Positions 1 to 9,672 of a stretch of 64,000 nucleotides of DNA are shown one piece after another; position 1 is the stretch's first letter, and each line of letters begins with the position of its first letter. Source of the DNA: an uncultured Acidobacteriota bacterium (lineage in GTDB: Bacteria; Acidobacteriota; Thermoanaerobaculia; Multivoradales; UBA5704). The stretch covers positions 2,855,900 through 2,919,899 of the forward strand of contig OY970373.1 of the NCBI GenBank assembly GCA_963718645.1, read 5' to 3'. Made by a program: the position numbers and the translations under genes. A model generated the notes under the pieces. That model searched no databases and was not told the DNA's origin. It saw nothing but the letters and a program-made list of their open reading frames with translations.

Positions 1-1903
1 GCAGACCTCACAAGCCATTGTTCTCATTGATAACGCCGAATCTCTTGACAAGGAATGGTTGTCCCGCTTCCTTGATAACTGGCTCTCGGGGATCTCTACA
101 GCTCAGCTCATCGTCACTTCGACGCTCTCTCTGAGATTAAGCCATCCAGGTTATCGAATATATCCACTCGGCGGTCTCTTACCTGCCAAAGTGGATGCAA
201 TTTTCTCTTTCCTTGGCTCTGAACTACAGGACCGCTTTAGTTCGGTAGAACTCCTGGCCGCAGCTAAGCAACTTGGCTATCTGCCACAAAGGCTTCTCTA
301 CATGCGTTGGCTGAATCCGGAAGGCCAGCAACAACTGGCTGAAGTCGCAACTGAACTCGCCGCCAATACAGACTCAGTGTCTGTCGCCAGCATTCGGAAA
401 AGGAGTGACGGATTTGTTGGCCATTATCTCGCGTTGGGTCATGTAAGGACCCTTCAATTTGACGAAGAGCTGTTAGCCGCGCTTTGGGATAGCTTAGGTG
501 GTGGTTCAGCTGCGCCATATGTAGCCATTCGCGATCGTCTGCTGAGGGAAGGCCTCCTAGTAAAGACATCGGAAAGCGCCAACGTAGGGAGCCTCCGCAT
601 TAACCCCGGAGTGCATTTACAGCTCGAAAAACTATTGGCAAGTAGCGTGGGCGTATCTCATCTACCGCATATAGATTATTTTTTGTCGGGTTATTTTAGA
701 CAGCGTTTCGAGAAATCTTCAATGCCTGACCTCCAAGACTTGGGGCATTACATATACCACTCTGCTCGCTGCGGTAATCTGCCGAACGCTGCGGAATATG
801 TCCTATCTGATAGGCGCCTTGAAACCCTGCGTGGGCAAGGTCTGACTTTGGCTTTGCGCCGAGTTCTGATAATTCTCGATGAGGAGCTAGATACAGTTCG
901 GTTGAAGACTTCTCGACCGGCGGAATGGAGGGATGAGGCGCTTTTGCAGGTGCGGTGTCGCACTCTTCTTGAGCTTGCTAGATGCCAATGCGAACTGAGC
1001 GAATATGTTGAGTGCCTAAACTCTCTCTCCGCTCTAGACGAGGTAAAGCAGACTCTTGCTCCAAACCTTTTGGAGGCGGAGCTGAGACGGAAGATGAATA
1101 TCCTTCGTGGGATCAGTTTCGGTTGCTTGGGGAGATTGGAGGAATGCATTCGCTCTTATGTTGCGGTGGTATCTAATGCACTCGACAGTAAAGGGCTTGA
1201 TCCTGGTTCCATTGAAGCTCTAGGATACGCTGCAATGGTGACAGGATATATTGACATGGAGAGAGCGCTAAGCTTGGGAGAATGTAGCCTAACCTTAGCA
1301 GAGAGTTTGGGAGATGAATTGATACTTACAAAGAATCGATGCAGCTTGGGCCAAACAGCTTTATATTCTGGGCGCTTTGGCCAGGCTGTTGAGCTTCTCG
1401 GAGCGGCTGAAGAGTGGTGCCGGGGCAGTGAAGAACGCAAGGGCGACCGACGAGAGTTGGGCCGCGTGCTCATTCCCGCAGCAATGGTTATGATGATGGT
1501 AATCAGGGATGGCGAGAAGTCTTTATCTCTTGCGAAAGAGGCTCTAGCTATTAATCTTTCGGTTGGCGATAGACGGAGGTACGCGAGGGCTAAGATCGTA
1601 GAAGCGTTAGCTACGATTTGTGCAGGCATGCGGGAGAAGGGGGCGTCTTTGCTAGATGAGGGCCTTGACCATTTGTACACAAGCCGTGATTGGCTTAACC
1701 TAGTGCTTGGCGCTTTAACCTCAGGCTACCTTCAGGGGGCTAGTGGCCTTGATGAGATTGTAAGGTTGGCGACAGTTAGCTCTGATGATCAGCTCTGGGC
1801 AAAATTTCTCAAGGAAGCTCGCGGAGACCACGAAATGGTACCTACATTGGGGAGGTTTTGGGAACGACATTATCTCCCCTTGCTGCAAGGCGCAGGAATT
1901 TAG
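1..1903 (+). CDS. STAND (NB-ARC-like) NTPase, 5'-truncated at the window edge, with a long helical/TPR-like C-terminal region
   Basis: The reading frame is open from nt 2 and continues through the ORF-track start at 59 (TTG). The N-terminal fragment reads ..IVLIDNAESLDKEW (Walker-B-like hhhhDD) followed by AQLIVTSTL (sensor-I-like hhhTTR), then ~550 aa of helical repeats. GC is lower than in the rest of the window. Confidence 0.55.
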   Translation, partial: QTSQAIVLIDNAESLDKEWLSRFLDNWLSGISTAQLIVTSTLSLRLSHPGYRIYPLGGLLPAKVDAIFSFLGSELQDRFSSVELLAAAKQLGYLPQRLLYMRWLNPEGQQQLAEVATELAANTDSVSVASIRKRSDGFVGHYLALGHVRTLQFDEELLAALWDSLGGGSAAPYVAIRDRLLREGLLVKTSESANVGSLRINPGVHLQLEKLLASSVGVSHLPHIDYFLSGYFRQRFEKSSMPDLQDLGHYIYHSARCGNLPNAAEYVLSDRRLETLRGQGLTLALRRVLIILDEELDTVRLKTSRPAEWRDEALLQVRCRTLLELARCQCELSEYVECLNSLSALDEVKQTLAPNLLEAELRRKMNILRGISFGCLGRLEECIRSYVAVVSNALDSKGLDPGSIEALGYAAMVTGYIDMERALSLGECSLTLAESLGDELILTKNRCSLGQTALYSGRFGQAVELLGAAEEWCRGSEERKGDRRELGRVLIPAAMVMMMVIRDGEKSLSLAKEALAINLSVGDRRRYARAKIVEALATICAGMREKGASLLDEGLDHLYTSRDWLNLVLGALTSGYLQGASGLDEIVRLATVSSDDQLWAKFLKEARGDHEMVPTLGRFWERHYLPLLQGAGI

Positions 1904-1999
1904 GGGGGACAATGGACCCAAGCGACGAGGAGTTTTGTTTGAGGAAATGGCGCGCTAAACCGGCTCGGGTCGACGGTCTTCTATAATGGAAATGACATT

Positions 2000-2677
2000 A
2001 TGGACACGGTTAAGCTTATCAAAACGTACATAGAACAGATCAAGCGGCCCAATATTCTCTTGGGAATAGACGGAGGCCAGGGATCCGGAAAAACAAGCTT
2101 TATTGGTAAACTGAGTACAGCATTGGATCGCTACAATGTTGTAAACATTGAGACTGATGACTATTTACTTGATCGAGATCAACGCGAGGACTTGCCAGTC
2201 TCGTTCTTTGAATCCTTCGAGAACCTATCAGATCTATATGATTTCGAGAGGTTCTCCGAAACGGTCAGGACTTTGGCTGTATCGGTGCAAACTGAGATTA
2301 TCTTGGGAGGGCTCTACGATAGGAAGACCGGAAGACGCGATCGTTCAGAAAAAATAAAACTGAGTGATAAGAACATTGTTATTGTGGGTGGGCCATATTT
2401 GCTGTCGGCGCTATTGCCGAGATTCGATCTGACGATTTTCCTTGATGTCGATGAGGCGGTCCGCTTGGACAACACGCTGCGGCGCACACTAGATAACAAT
2501 AATAGATCGATAGAATCGCAGAACGCGGTCTTCGGCAAATTCGAGAAGTTCTTCTATCCTTACTATTCCGACAAACTGGCTGAGTTCGACGTAATCATTG
2601 ATAACAATGATTGGTCGAATAATTATATAACAAGAGATCGTGTCGGAGTACATAGCCCCGCGGTCGGCAACCCTTAA
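2000..2677 (+). CDS. P-loop NTPase, uridine kinase/phosphoribulokinase-like nucleoside/nucleotide kinase fold
   Basis: Walker A GIDGGQGSGKTSF lies near the N-terminus; the protein is 225 aa and sits in the low-GC block. Confidence 0.6.
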   Translation: MDTVKLIKTYIEQIKRPNILLGIDGGQGSGKTSFIGKLSTALDRYNVVNIETDDYLLDRDQREDLPVSFFESFENLSDLYDFERFSETVRTLAVSVQTEIILGGLYDRKTGRRDRSEKIKLSDKNIVIVGGPYLLSALLPRFDLTIFLDVDEAVRLDNTLRRTLDNNNRSIESQNAVFGKFEKFFYPYYSDKLAEFDVIIDNNDWSNNYITRDRVGVHSPAVGNP

Positions 2678-2717
2678 GGCCACGTTTAAAATAACTACAA
2701 TTTACAATATTTAATCT

Positions 2718-3401
2718 ATGACACTTAAGGACAAGGCTGTGGTAATCACCGGAAGTAGCAAGGGGCTTGGAAAAGCTCTTGCTGCAGCGTTTATCCATGA
2801 GGGCTCAAGGGTAGTTATCAGTGCACGATCGATAAGTGAATTGGATAATGCGGCCCGCGAAACTGGAGCAACTCCTTATCTTGCGGATGTGACTAAAGAA
2901 AGGGAGGTCGTGAAGCTCGCCCAATTCAGCAAGAGGCAATTTGGGACGATTGACGTCTGGATCAACAATGCGGGTACCACCATTTCCCATTCATCAATTG
3001 AAGAAATTGACGATAGGGCGGCTCATCAGGTCATGGAGGTGAACTTCTTCGGCACGTTCTATGGTTCGCGAGCGGCGATCTCAATAATGAAAGGGCAAAA
3101 GTATGGCGTCATTGTGAATATTGTCTCGATGAGCGCCTTTGTTGGCCGTCCTCAGTCATTGGTGTACTCCGCGAGCAAATGGGCGGCCCGTGGATTCACG
3201 AAAGGTCTTCGTATGGCTCAAGAGCCAAACCATATCTCTGTGATTGCAGTGCATCCAGGAGGCATCAAGACTACGATGTTTGGCGATCAACTTCCAGTGG
3301 GTTACGAAGACTGGATGGAGCCGTCTTTTGTTGCGAAAAGCATAGTACGAAACTTGAGGCGCAGCTCACCAAAAGAAGAGTTGGTAGTGCGCAAAAAGTA
3401 A
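2718..3401 (+). CDS. short-chain dehydrogenase/reductase (SDR)
   Basis: Has the VITGSSKGLGKA (TGxxxGxG) motif, NNAG, and the YSASK catalytic YxxxK. Confidence 0.85.
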   Translation: MTLKDKAVVITGSSKGLGKALAAAFIHEGSRVVISARSISELDNAARETGATPYLADVTKEREVVKLAQFSKRQFGTIDVWINNAGTTISHSSIEEIDDRAAHQVMEVNFFGTFYGSRAAISIMKGQKYGVIVNIVSMSAFVGRPQSLVYSASKWAARGFTKGLRMAQEPNHISVIAVHPGGIKTTMFGDQLPVGYEDWMEPSFVAKSIVRNLRRSSPKEELVVRKK

Positions 3402-3533
3402 TTGCGACCTACTCACCTCGATCAGGTAAAGCTAGATCACCTTAAGGAGGTTCTAGTTGCCCAGTCGCTGGAGCGATTCTCGGAATATGCAGAAGGACAC
3501 GACTTTTGAGATATGGCATAGGAGAGTCAGTTC

Positions 3534-4103
3534 ATGACAAATTTCTTGGATAAGCTAACTGCGATTAGTACCATGTTGACGGCTATTGCTGCGGCGGCGG
3601 CGGCGTTCATCGCTTTCTTCCAGACACGGGCAGCATCAAAAATCGCAAAATCAACTGCTGATCAAGCGATGGCACTCGCCAAGTTTAACGCTGAATTGCA
3701 ATCCGTCCAGCATTTTGACACTCAATGGCAGTCGGACCGTATGATCAAAGTACGCCGCGGCGCAGCAGCGGCGCTGCTGCGCGAAGAGCCGAGCGTAGAT
3801 GTCGATGAGGTCCTTGATTTCTTCGAAGAGATCGCACGCCTCGTAAAGCGTGGTATCTTGCCGATAGAGACGGCCTGGGATGCCTATTATTGGCCGATTG
3901 CGAATTATTGGGCGAAGTCCGCGGCCTACGCGCAGGAGGCTCGCGACGATGAGGGTGCGTCGTGGACAAACTTGCCCGAGGTATTAACGCGGCTACAACA
4001 AGTAGAATCAAAAGAAAGCGACCGGCCGATCAATGCAGTTTCTCCGCGCGAGGCTCAGACCAGGGTATTCTTAGAAGGTGAAACCAAGCTGGAATTGCTA
4101 TGA
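3534..4103 (+). CDS. membrane-anchored hypothetical protein (N-terminal TM helix)
   Basis: A GGAGAG RBS lies 8 nt upstream. The N-terminal hydrophobic helix is LTAISTMLTAIAAAAAAFIAFF and the rest is soluble. It is the last gene of the low-GC block. Confidence 0.55.
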   Translation: MTNFLDKLTAISTMLTAIAAAAAAFIAFFQTRAASKIAKSTADQAMALAKFNAELQSVQHFDTQWQSDRMIKVRRGAAAALLREEPSVDVDEVLDFFEEIARLVKRGILPIETAWDAYYWPIANYWAKSAAYAQEARDDEGASWTNLPEVLTRLQQVESKESDRPINAVSPREAQTRVFLEGETKLELL

Positions 4104-4310
4104 CCTGACTGCGGAGTTCAACCAAGCGAAGATGAGGTCTCGGGCGTGAGCCGTACGATACTAATGTCCCATAGGCAGGGCAGCCTTGTGACTGCACTGC
4201 AAATACCGTGGTTCCCATGCACCACGGGGATCTGCCCCGGGGCAGGGTGCGAGCCATCATCCGTCAGAGGGGGAGGACCGAGGAGGAGTTCAAGCCGTTG
4301 CTATAATGGC

Positions 4311-5909
4311 TCACGCCGCCTTGCCCTCCTCGGTCGCTTCTCGTCCCCCGGGACTACCCTCCATCAATTGCCTAATGTTTCCAAGCTTCTCTCTTGACTC
4401 CGCCTCAGCCAAAAAGGTTCGAACTTCGTGGAGAAAGGTCCGCAGCTCGATACTGGTCGAAGTTGTTGACCATCGTCTGAACGGTTTTGCCGCGTCAATC
4501 CTGAGTTCCCGGTCTTGGAGCCGAGGGTTCGAACCGGCGATTTGAAGGATGAGCCGTTTTTCATCCGGAGTGCCGGTTCGGAACCGCGAAGCCGCTTCTT
4601 CATTGAACGCAACGAGGAGACGGGCGGGTTCGAACCGGTCCTCATCTTGGCCGAGCTTCGCAATCTCCTGAGCCATCCGGAGACGGTCTCGGGTGATCTC
4701 CTGGCGCTCCTGTAGGAACTCGGCGTCGTCCAAGATGTCCCGGATGCGGAGCTTCTTCAGGTTCGCGAGCTGGCGGTCGAGCGCCGCGGCCTGGTTTTCG
4801 AGCGCCCGCCGTTGCTTTCCGAGGATCTCCTCCTCGTCGGCGGTGAGCCGGCTAAGGCGTTCCATCTCGAAGCCGTGGAACTTTTCGGGGATCGAGATCT
4901 CTTCGAGGAACTGTGCCGCCTGTCCGTCCAGCCGCTCAGCGGAGATGGAGCGTTGGGCGCAACGGTAGTCGAGGCGACGCCAGGAGCAGTGGTAGTAGGT
5001 GTAGTGGGAGCCGAAGCGGTTTGTCTTGTGCTCAGCCGTGACGGCGAAGCCGCATTCCCCGCAGCGGATCATGCCGGTATAGGGGAAGGCATAGGTCTTC
5101 CGCCGCGGTCGCCCCGGGCGGCCGAGAAGCTCCTGCACCCGCTCGAATTCGGAGAGGGTGACCATGGCCTCGTGCTTCCCCGGGTAGATCTTTCCTTCCC
5201 ACTCGATCACCCCCGCATAGAAGGGGCTCTTGAAGATCTTGTAGATGGCGCTCTTCGTGAAGGGAGCGCCGCCGATCCTCTTATGGGTCCGCGTGACGAG
5301 TCCCCATTCCTTTCCCGCCATCTCCCAGATGCGACGGGGAGTCGCCTCCTCGGAGAGGAGGAGCCGCCACATCTTCTGGATCACGTGGAACCGCTCGGGG
5401 TCGGGGATGATCTGCCCACTCTCGCGGTCGTTCAGATACCCCGCCGGCGCGAAGTTCGGGAGCCAGCCCTTTTCCACCTTGGCCCGCATGCCGCGGCGGA
5501 CGTTCTCAGAGAGGGCGTCCACGTAGTACTTGGAGTACCCGAAGATAATTGAGAGCATGAACTTGCCCTGCGAGTTGTTCTCGAAGGTGTGGTTCGCGAA
5601 GCGGAGGTCTTTGAGCGTGCCTTTGTCGAGAAGGTAGATGATCCGGCCGCCGTCGATCGAGTTCCTCGCGAGCCGGTCCGGGTGCCAGGCGATGATTCCT
5701 TCCGCCTTGCCCTTCTCCACCTCGTGGAGCATCTCCTCGAAGACGGGACGCCCCGGAGCCTTCGCGCTCTGCGCTTCCTCGAAGGTCCGGACGATCGTGA
5801 GGCCCGAGCCTTCGGCAAGGCGCTCCATCTCAACTCGCTGCGAATCGATGGAGAGGATCTGCCGATCTTCCGATTCGCTTGACTTGCGGCAGTAGAGAAA
5901 ATATTTCAT
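4311..5909 (-). CDS. large serine recombinase (resolvase/invertase N-domain + recombinase domain + zinc ribbon)
   Basis: The N-terminus YCRKSSESEDRQILSIDSQ carries the catalytic Ser motif and the protein is 532 aa. A Cys-rich segment RCGECGF....CS is typical of the zinc-ribbon region of large serine recombinases. Confidence 0.85.
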   Translation of the reverse strand: MKYFLYCRKSSESEDRQILSIDSQRVEMERLAEGSGLTIVRTFEEAQSAKAPGRPVFEEMLHEVEKGKAEGIIAWHPDRLARNSIDGGRIIYLLDKGTLKDLRFANHTFENNSQGKFMLSIIFGYSKYYVDALSENVRRGMRAKVEKGWLPNFAPAGYLNDRESGQIIPDPERFHVIQKMWRLLLSEEATPRRIWEMAGKEWGLVTRTHKRIGGAPFTKSAIYKIFKSPFYAGVIEWEGKIYPGKHEAMVTLSEFERVQELLGRPGRPRRKTYAFPYTGMIRCGECGFAVTAEHKTNRFGSHYTYYHCSWRRLDYRCAQRSISAERLDGQAAQFLEEISIPEKFHGFEMERLSRLTADEEEILGKQRRALENQAAALDRQLANLKKLRIRDILDDAEFLQERQEITRDRLRMAQEIAKLGQDEDRFEPARLLVAFNEEAASRFRTGTPDEKRLILQIAGSNPRLQDRELRIDAAKPFRRWSTTSTSIELRTFLHEVRTFLAEAESREKLGNIRQLMEGSPGGREATEEGKAA

Positions 5910-6097
5910 GGATGCTGTGTGTCTTCTCCCCTCGAAGGCGACGGGTCCTGATTTCTCGCAGGCTGACGCGAGAGCATCAGATAGAGCGCGTCAAGGCGGG
6001 CGATATGTTCGCGCGCCTCGTCCACGGTGATCTTTTCTTCAAACTCTTCGCGCCAGATCTCCTGGAACCGGCGGATGTCGTCCTCCGTGATGCGCAC
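5906..6097 (-). CDS. small helical protein translationally coupled to the serine recombinase (possible directionality/accessory factor)
   Basis: Its stop overlaps the recombinase ATG (ATGA overlap at 5906-5909). It is 63 aa and acidic/helical. Confidence 0.4.
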   Translation of the reverse strand: MRITEDDIRRFQEIWREEFEEKITVDEAREHIARLDALYLMLSRQPARNQDPSPSRGEDTQHP

Positions 6098-6373
6098 GAG
6101 GACGACGATACTCCGCGATCAGCGGGCGAGGTAGGCGGGAAATGCAGGCGCCCTTTGAGGTGAGAAGTGCAGTTGGGTGAGTGATTCGACCTTGTCTATC
6201 GATGGTACGAAGAAGAGACGGATTCGTCAAAAGGTGATTGGATGGTGTCGATGATCTTCGCCTTTCCTCTCTCGGAAACTTCTTGATTTTCCAATCTCGT
6301 TCTTACCTTGGAAACCCAAAGCAGCGCGCTCGTAAAGGGTGTGTAGATTTCGTCCTTGGTTTGTTTTCTTCAG

Positions 6374-6389
6374 CGGGTATCCTGATACC
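6374..6389. promoter_or_regulatory. perfect inverted repeat GGGTATC-CT-GATACCC in the divergent intergenic region (candidate operator)
   Basis: The palindrome is read directly in the ~400 bp lower-GC intergenic region between the recombinase operon (-) and the RuvC/primase genes (+). Confidence 0.35.
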
Positions 6390-6508
6390 CATCATGAAGA
6401 ACCTCATAACAATCAGGATCAAGGCCGAGCTTCCCGACACGCGTGCCGGCCCGACGACGACTCTTTCTATATCATTCACACTCCGTCGCCCAATTTACCC
6501 TCTTCACT

Positions 6509-7000
6509 ATGGAAAACACCCCAACCCGCATCTTCGCTATTGACCCCACGACCAAAGGCTTCGGCTATGCCGTCTTCGAGCTGCCGTTCCGCCTCGTCGA
6601 ATGGGGGATCGCCCGTGTCGCCGGCGAGAAACATGCGGGCACTGTCCTCCGGTTCGAGCAGCTTCTCGCTCGCTTCCGTCCGGACGCGGTGGTCTTGGAG
6701 GATGCCGAGGCCCCCGGTTCGCGCAGGCAACCCCGCGTCCGGCGCCTGATCGAGGCCCTCACGAGACTAGCCCGCGAGCGCGGCATCGCCGTGTACACGA
6801 TCGCAAGGAGCGCCGTCCTAAAGTGCTTCTCTTCCACCGACAACGTCGCAACGAAGCAGTCCATAGCGAGGAATCTCGCCGGACGTTTCCCGGAGCTTGC
6901 GGAGCAGTTGCCGCCGCCCCGCAAGCTTTGGCAAACCGAGCATGAACGCATGTCGGTCTTCGACGCCCTGGCCCTCGCCGTGACCCACGCGAACTCGTAA
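6509..7000 (+). CDS. RuvC-family Holliday-junction resolvase (crossover junction endodeoxyribonuclease-like)
   Basis: RIFAIDPTTKGFGYAVFE resembles the RuvC N-terminus IxGIDPGxxxxGYGV. VVLEDAE supplies the second acidic residue. The C-terminal FDALALAVTHA matches the RuvC DAxDALAxAxxH motif. Start chosen at the internal ATG (MENTPTRIF); the ORF-track start at 6443 is a GTG. Confidence 0.7.
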   Translation: MENTPTRIFAIDPTTKGFGYAVFELPFRLVEWGIARVAGEKHAGTVLRFEQLLARFRPDAVVLEDAEAPGSRRQPRVRRLIEALTRLARERGIAVYTIARSAVLKCFSSTDNVATKQSIARNLAGRFPELAEQLPPPRKLWQTEHERMSVFDALALAVTHANS

Positions 7001-7116
7001 TCCGGCCCGACATGTTCTCTTCGCGCAAGGCGGCCCCCGAGGCCGCCTTTTGCGTTCCTGCCCCGGCCGCTACCCTGATTCGCAGAACTCCGACAATTTT
7101 AAGAAAGGAGGATGAG

Positions 7117-8052
7117 ATGCCCGAGGGCTTCATCTCGTTTGCGGAGGTAAAGCGTGCAGTCACGATGGAAGCGGTTCTCACCCGCTACGGACTCCTGGAG
7201 GGATTGACCCGCAAGGGCCAGAACCTCGCGGGTCCCTGTCCCTTCTGCAAAGGCAAGTCACAGCGCCAGTTCCAGGCGAATCTCTCGAAGAACGCCTGGT
7301 ACTGCTTCGGATGCAAGGAGGGCGGGAACGTCCTCGACTTCGTCGCGAAGCGCGAGAAGGCGAGCGTGCGTGCCGCGGCCCTGAAGCTCGATTCCTGGTT
7401 CGAGCTCGGACTCGGGGCAGAGTCTCCATGTCCCGAGCAACCCCGGACTCCAACCCCGGCGCCACCGGCCGCGACGGAGGTAGCGCCCACAGAGAACCCG
7501 CCCCTGGCCTTCACCTTGAAGACCCTGGACCCCCGCCATGCGAGTCTCGAGGCCCTGGGACTCGGGGAGGCGACCATCGACCGCTTCGGCGCGGGGTACT
7601 GCGCGAAGGGACTCTTGAAGGGGCGGATGGCGATCCCGATCCACAATCGCTACGGGGAACTCCTCGCCTACGCGGGTCTCGCCCTCGGCGAGGAAGCTCC
7701 CCGCTACCTCTTCCCGCCGAAGTTCCATCCGGCGCTCGAAGTCTTCAACCTGCATCGCCTGATCGAGGTCCCTGAGGAGAGGGGGCCGCTCTACCTTGCC
7801 CCCGATGTCCTCGGAGTCCTCCGGCTCGCCGAGGCCGGGTACGTCTCGGTCCTCGGCCTCTTCGACGGCTCGCTCTCCGAGGCGCAGGAGGAGGCCATCC
7901 GGGGCGCCCTCTCGCTCTACGAGGGATTCCAACTCGTAGGCGAGGGCTTCGCCGACCGCACGATTGCCCGGCTCGCGCGGTATGCGGGTGTCTCCTGGGT
8001 CGCAGAGCTGTCCCAGAACCCCCTTACCGAAGCAGGGAGGGAGTATCAATGA
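7117..8052 (+). CDS. CHC2 zinc-finger DNA primase-like protein
   Basis: AGGAGG RBS precedes the ATG at 7117. CPFCKGKSQRQFQAN...WYCFGCKEGGNVLDFV matches the zf-CHC2 motif of DnaG/phage primases. Confidence 0.7.
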   Translation: MPEGFISFAEVKRAVTMEAVLTRYGLLEGLTRKGQNLAGPCPFCKGKSQRQFQANLSKNAWYCFGCKEGGNVLDFVAKREKASVRAAALKLDSWFELGLGAESPCPEQPRTPTPAPPAATEVAPTENPPLAFTLKTLDPRHASLEALGLGEATIDRFGAGYCAKGLLKGRMAIPIHNRYGELLAYAGLALGEEAPRYLFPPKFHPALEVFNLHRLIEVPEERGPLYLAPDVLGVLRLAEAGYVSVLGLFDGSLSEAQEEAIRGALSLYEGFQLVGEGFADRTIARLARYAGVSWVAELSQNPLTEAGREYQ

Positions 8053-8330
8053 GAACGGCGGAGCCTTTTGCCTTGGGAGGGGTCGTCGCGACTCCCGCCG
8101 CCCTCCAGGCCTTCGCCGACGCCGAGGAGAACTACCTGCCCTATCTCATGCGCCACGCGGGAGGTGATTGGGGCGACGTTTGCCCGGAAGATGCTTCTGC
8201 GAACGACGAAGCGCGCGACGCCGGCGAGCGCATCATCTCCGCATACAACCTTCGCTGCGGCACGAGGGTGTGGATCATTACCGAAGCCGACCGCTCCTCC
8301 ACCTGCATCCTCCTCCCCGAAGAGTATTGA
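8049..8330 (+). CDS. small conserved hypothetical protein (93 aa), translationally coupled to the primase-like gene
   Basis: ATGA overlap with the upstream stop. Notable motifs are GDWGDV...WIITEADRSSTCILLPEEY. A hairpin terminator follows. Confidence 0.5.
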   Translation: MRTAEPFALGGVVATPAALQAFADAEENYLPYLMRHAGGDWGDVCPEDASANDEARDAGERIISAYNLRCGTRVWIITEADRSSTCILLPEEY

Positions 8331-8337
8331 TTCCCCC

Positions 8338-8375
8338 CGCCCCGCGGCACGGCCGTCGGGGCCTTTTCTTTGGCC
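8338..8375 (+). terminator. intrinsic terminator candidate
   Basis: GCCCCG-cggcacggccgt-CGGGGC hairpin followed by cttttctttgg. Confidence 0.5.
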
Positions 8376-8601
8376 GCAGACTTAGGCCCCTACCATCCGC
8401 AGCTCGAAGTCCTGGAGTCTCAGCACGAGGAGGGCGTACGCGAAGGCAAGGGAGGTCGCCGAGGAGTATTCCGAGGCCTTGACCGGGAAGGCCTCTTCCC
8501 GCTCTGCCCGGTCCTTATCTTGGTAGCTCACGGAGGCTCTGAAGTGTCGCACCTTGCGCACGGGAGTGTCTTTCTTTGGGCTGATACTTGGCTAAATGCT
8601 A

Positions 8602-9237
8602 TCACGACCGCCGGGCACCCGGACGATCCGGGCTTTCGCTCACGAGGTCGAGGAGAGCCGACTTCGCCCGCAACTCCTCGGTCCACCGCTCGGGCTCCGT
8701 CCCTATGAGATCGCGGTACGTTTCGACAATGAGCGCCCGGAGATTCATGACCGCCTCTTGCCGGGTGCCTCCCCTCGCGGAGAGCTTCACCTCGATGAGG
8801 TGCGCCGCAAACCCCGGCCCGTCGAATTCGATGAGGAGATCCATGGGACGCCTGAACCGAAAGGTGTTCGGCAGGAGGGTTTGGACTCGAAGAGCGACGC
8901 CGCTTTGATTGTGCCAGAGCGCCTCGTAGGCGCTCTGGATATCCGCCGTGACCTTCTGGGACAAGAGTATTGCCTTTCCGATCAGGTCCATGGCCTTGTC
9001 GGCGGCCGCCTTCTCGCGCGGCTTGCGGCGCAGGGTGCGACCCTGCCGCGCCTTGCTTTCCCGTGCGATTTCCCGCACCGCCTCGATCGCCCGCGGGGGG
9101 AAGAAGCGTCGCCGGCCCCGTCTTTCAAAAGGGATGCGGTCGCCGTGCTTCTTCAGGAAGACGAGGAGCCTATCGTAGGAAACGCCCGCTTGGCTCGCCA
9201 CCTCGGTCATCGAATATCGTTCTTTTCTCTCGCTCAT
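8602..9237 (-). CDS. HTH-domain DNA-binding protein (N-terminal HTH, unknown C-terminal domain)
   Basis: YSMTEVASQAGVSYDRLLVFLKKHG is an HTH-like N-terminus; 211 aa. Confidence 0.5.
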   Translation of the reverse strand: MSERKERYSMTEVASQAGVSYDRLLVFLKKHGDRIPFERRGRRRFFPPRAIEAVREIARESKARQGRTLRRKPREKAAADKAMDLIGKAILLSQKVTADIQSAYEALWHNQSGVALRVQTLLPNTFRFRRPMDLLIEFDGPGFAAHLIEVKLSARGGTRQEAVMNLRALIVETYRDLIGTEPERWTEELRAKSALLDLVSESPDRPGARRS

Positions 9238-9246
9238 GATCCGGGG

Positions 9247-9672
9247 TTACCCCACTGACGAAATGATGGAGACTCCCAGATCGTGCGGATAGAGGCACAC
9301 GCTCTTCGTCTCCCTTTCCCACTCCCTTTGAGGAATGAAGATCCGCCCGCCGTGCCGTCGCACGAGGCATGCCAAGGCGCGGTTCAGGCGCTCCGGGTTT
9401 ACCAGATGATCTGCCTCGACGTGTCCCCAAAGTATGAGGTAGGACGCTTCGGAATTCGGATCGTCATCCCAATCCCGGAAGTACGCTCGCACCAGTTCCG
9501 GGCCGCCCTGCCGCGCGATGCGGAAGGGCGAGTTGCGGATGAGGTCGAGGTCGAGACCGAGTTCGCCGGTGACGATGATGGACACGCGATCGATACCTTT
9601 CACCTGCGGATTGAATGCTCTGACGTGGAGAACCTTGGCGCTATTTTCATGCTTGGTTTTCAGGAGGTTCAT
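9247..9672 (-). CDS. hypothetical protein (141 aa) overlapping the upstream XRE regulator gene
   Basis: It overlaps the XRE gene end by 26 nt, an operon-like arrangement. No family recognised. Confidence 0.4.
   Translation of the reverse strand: MNLLKTKHENSAKVLHVRAFNPQVKGIDRVSIIVTGELGLDLDLIRNSPFRIARQGGPELVRAYFRDWDDDPNSEASYLILWGHVEADHLVNPERLNRALACLVRRHGGRIFIPQREWERETKSVCLYPHDLGVSIISSVG

Noticed and set aside
4500-4660. Several GGTTCGAACC-like motifs reminiscent of tRNA T-arms
   Set aside because: They lie inside the serine recombinase coding sequence and do not assemble into a cloverleaf with acceptor and anticodon stems.
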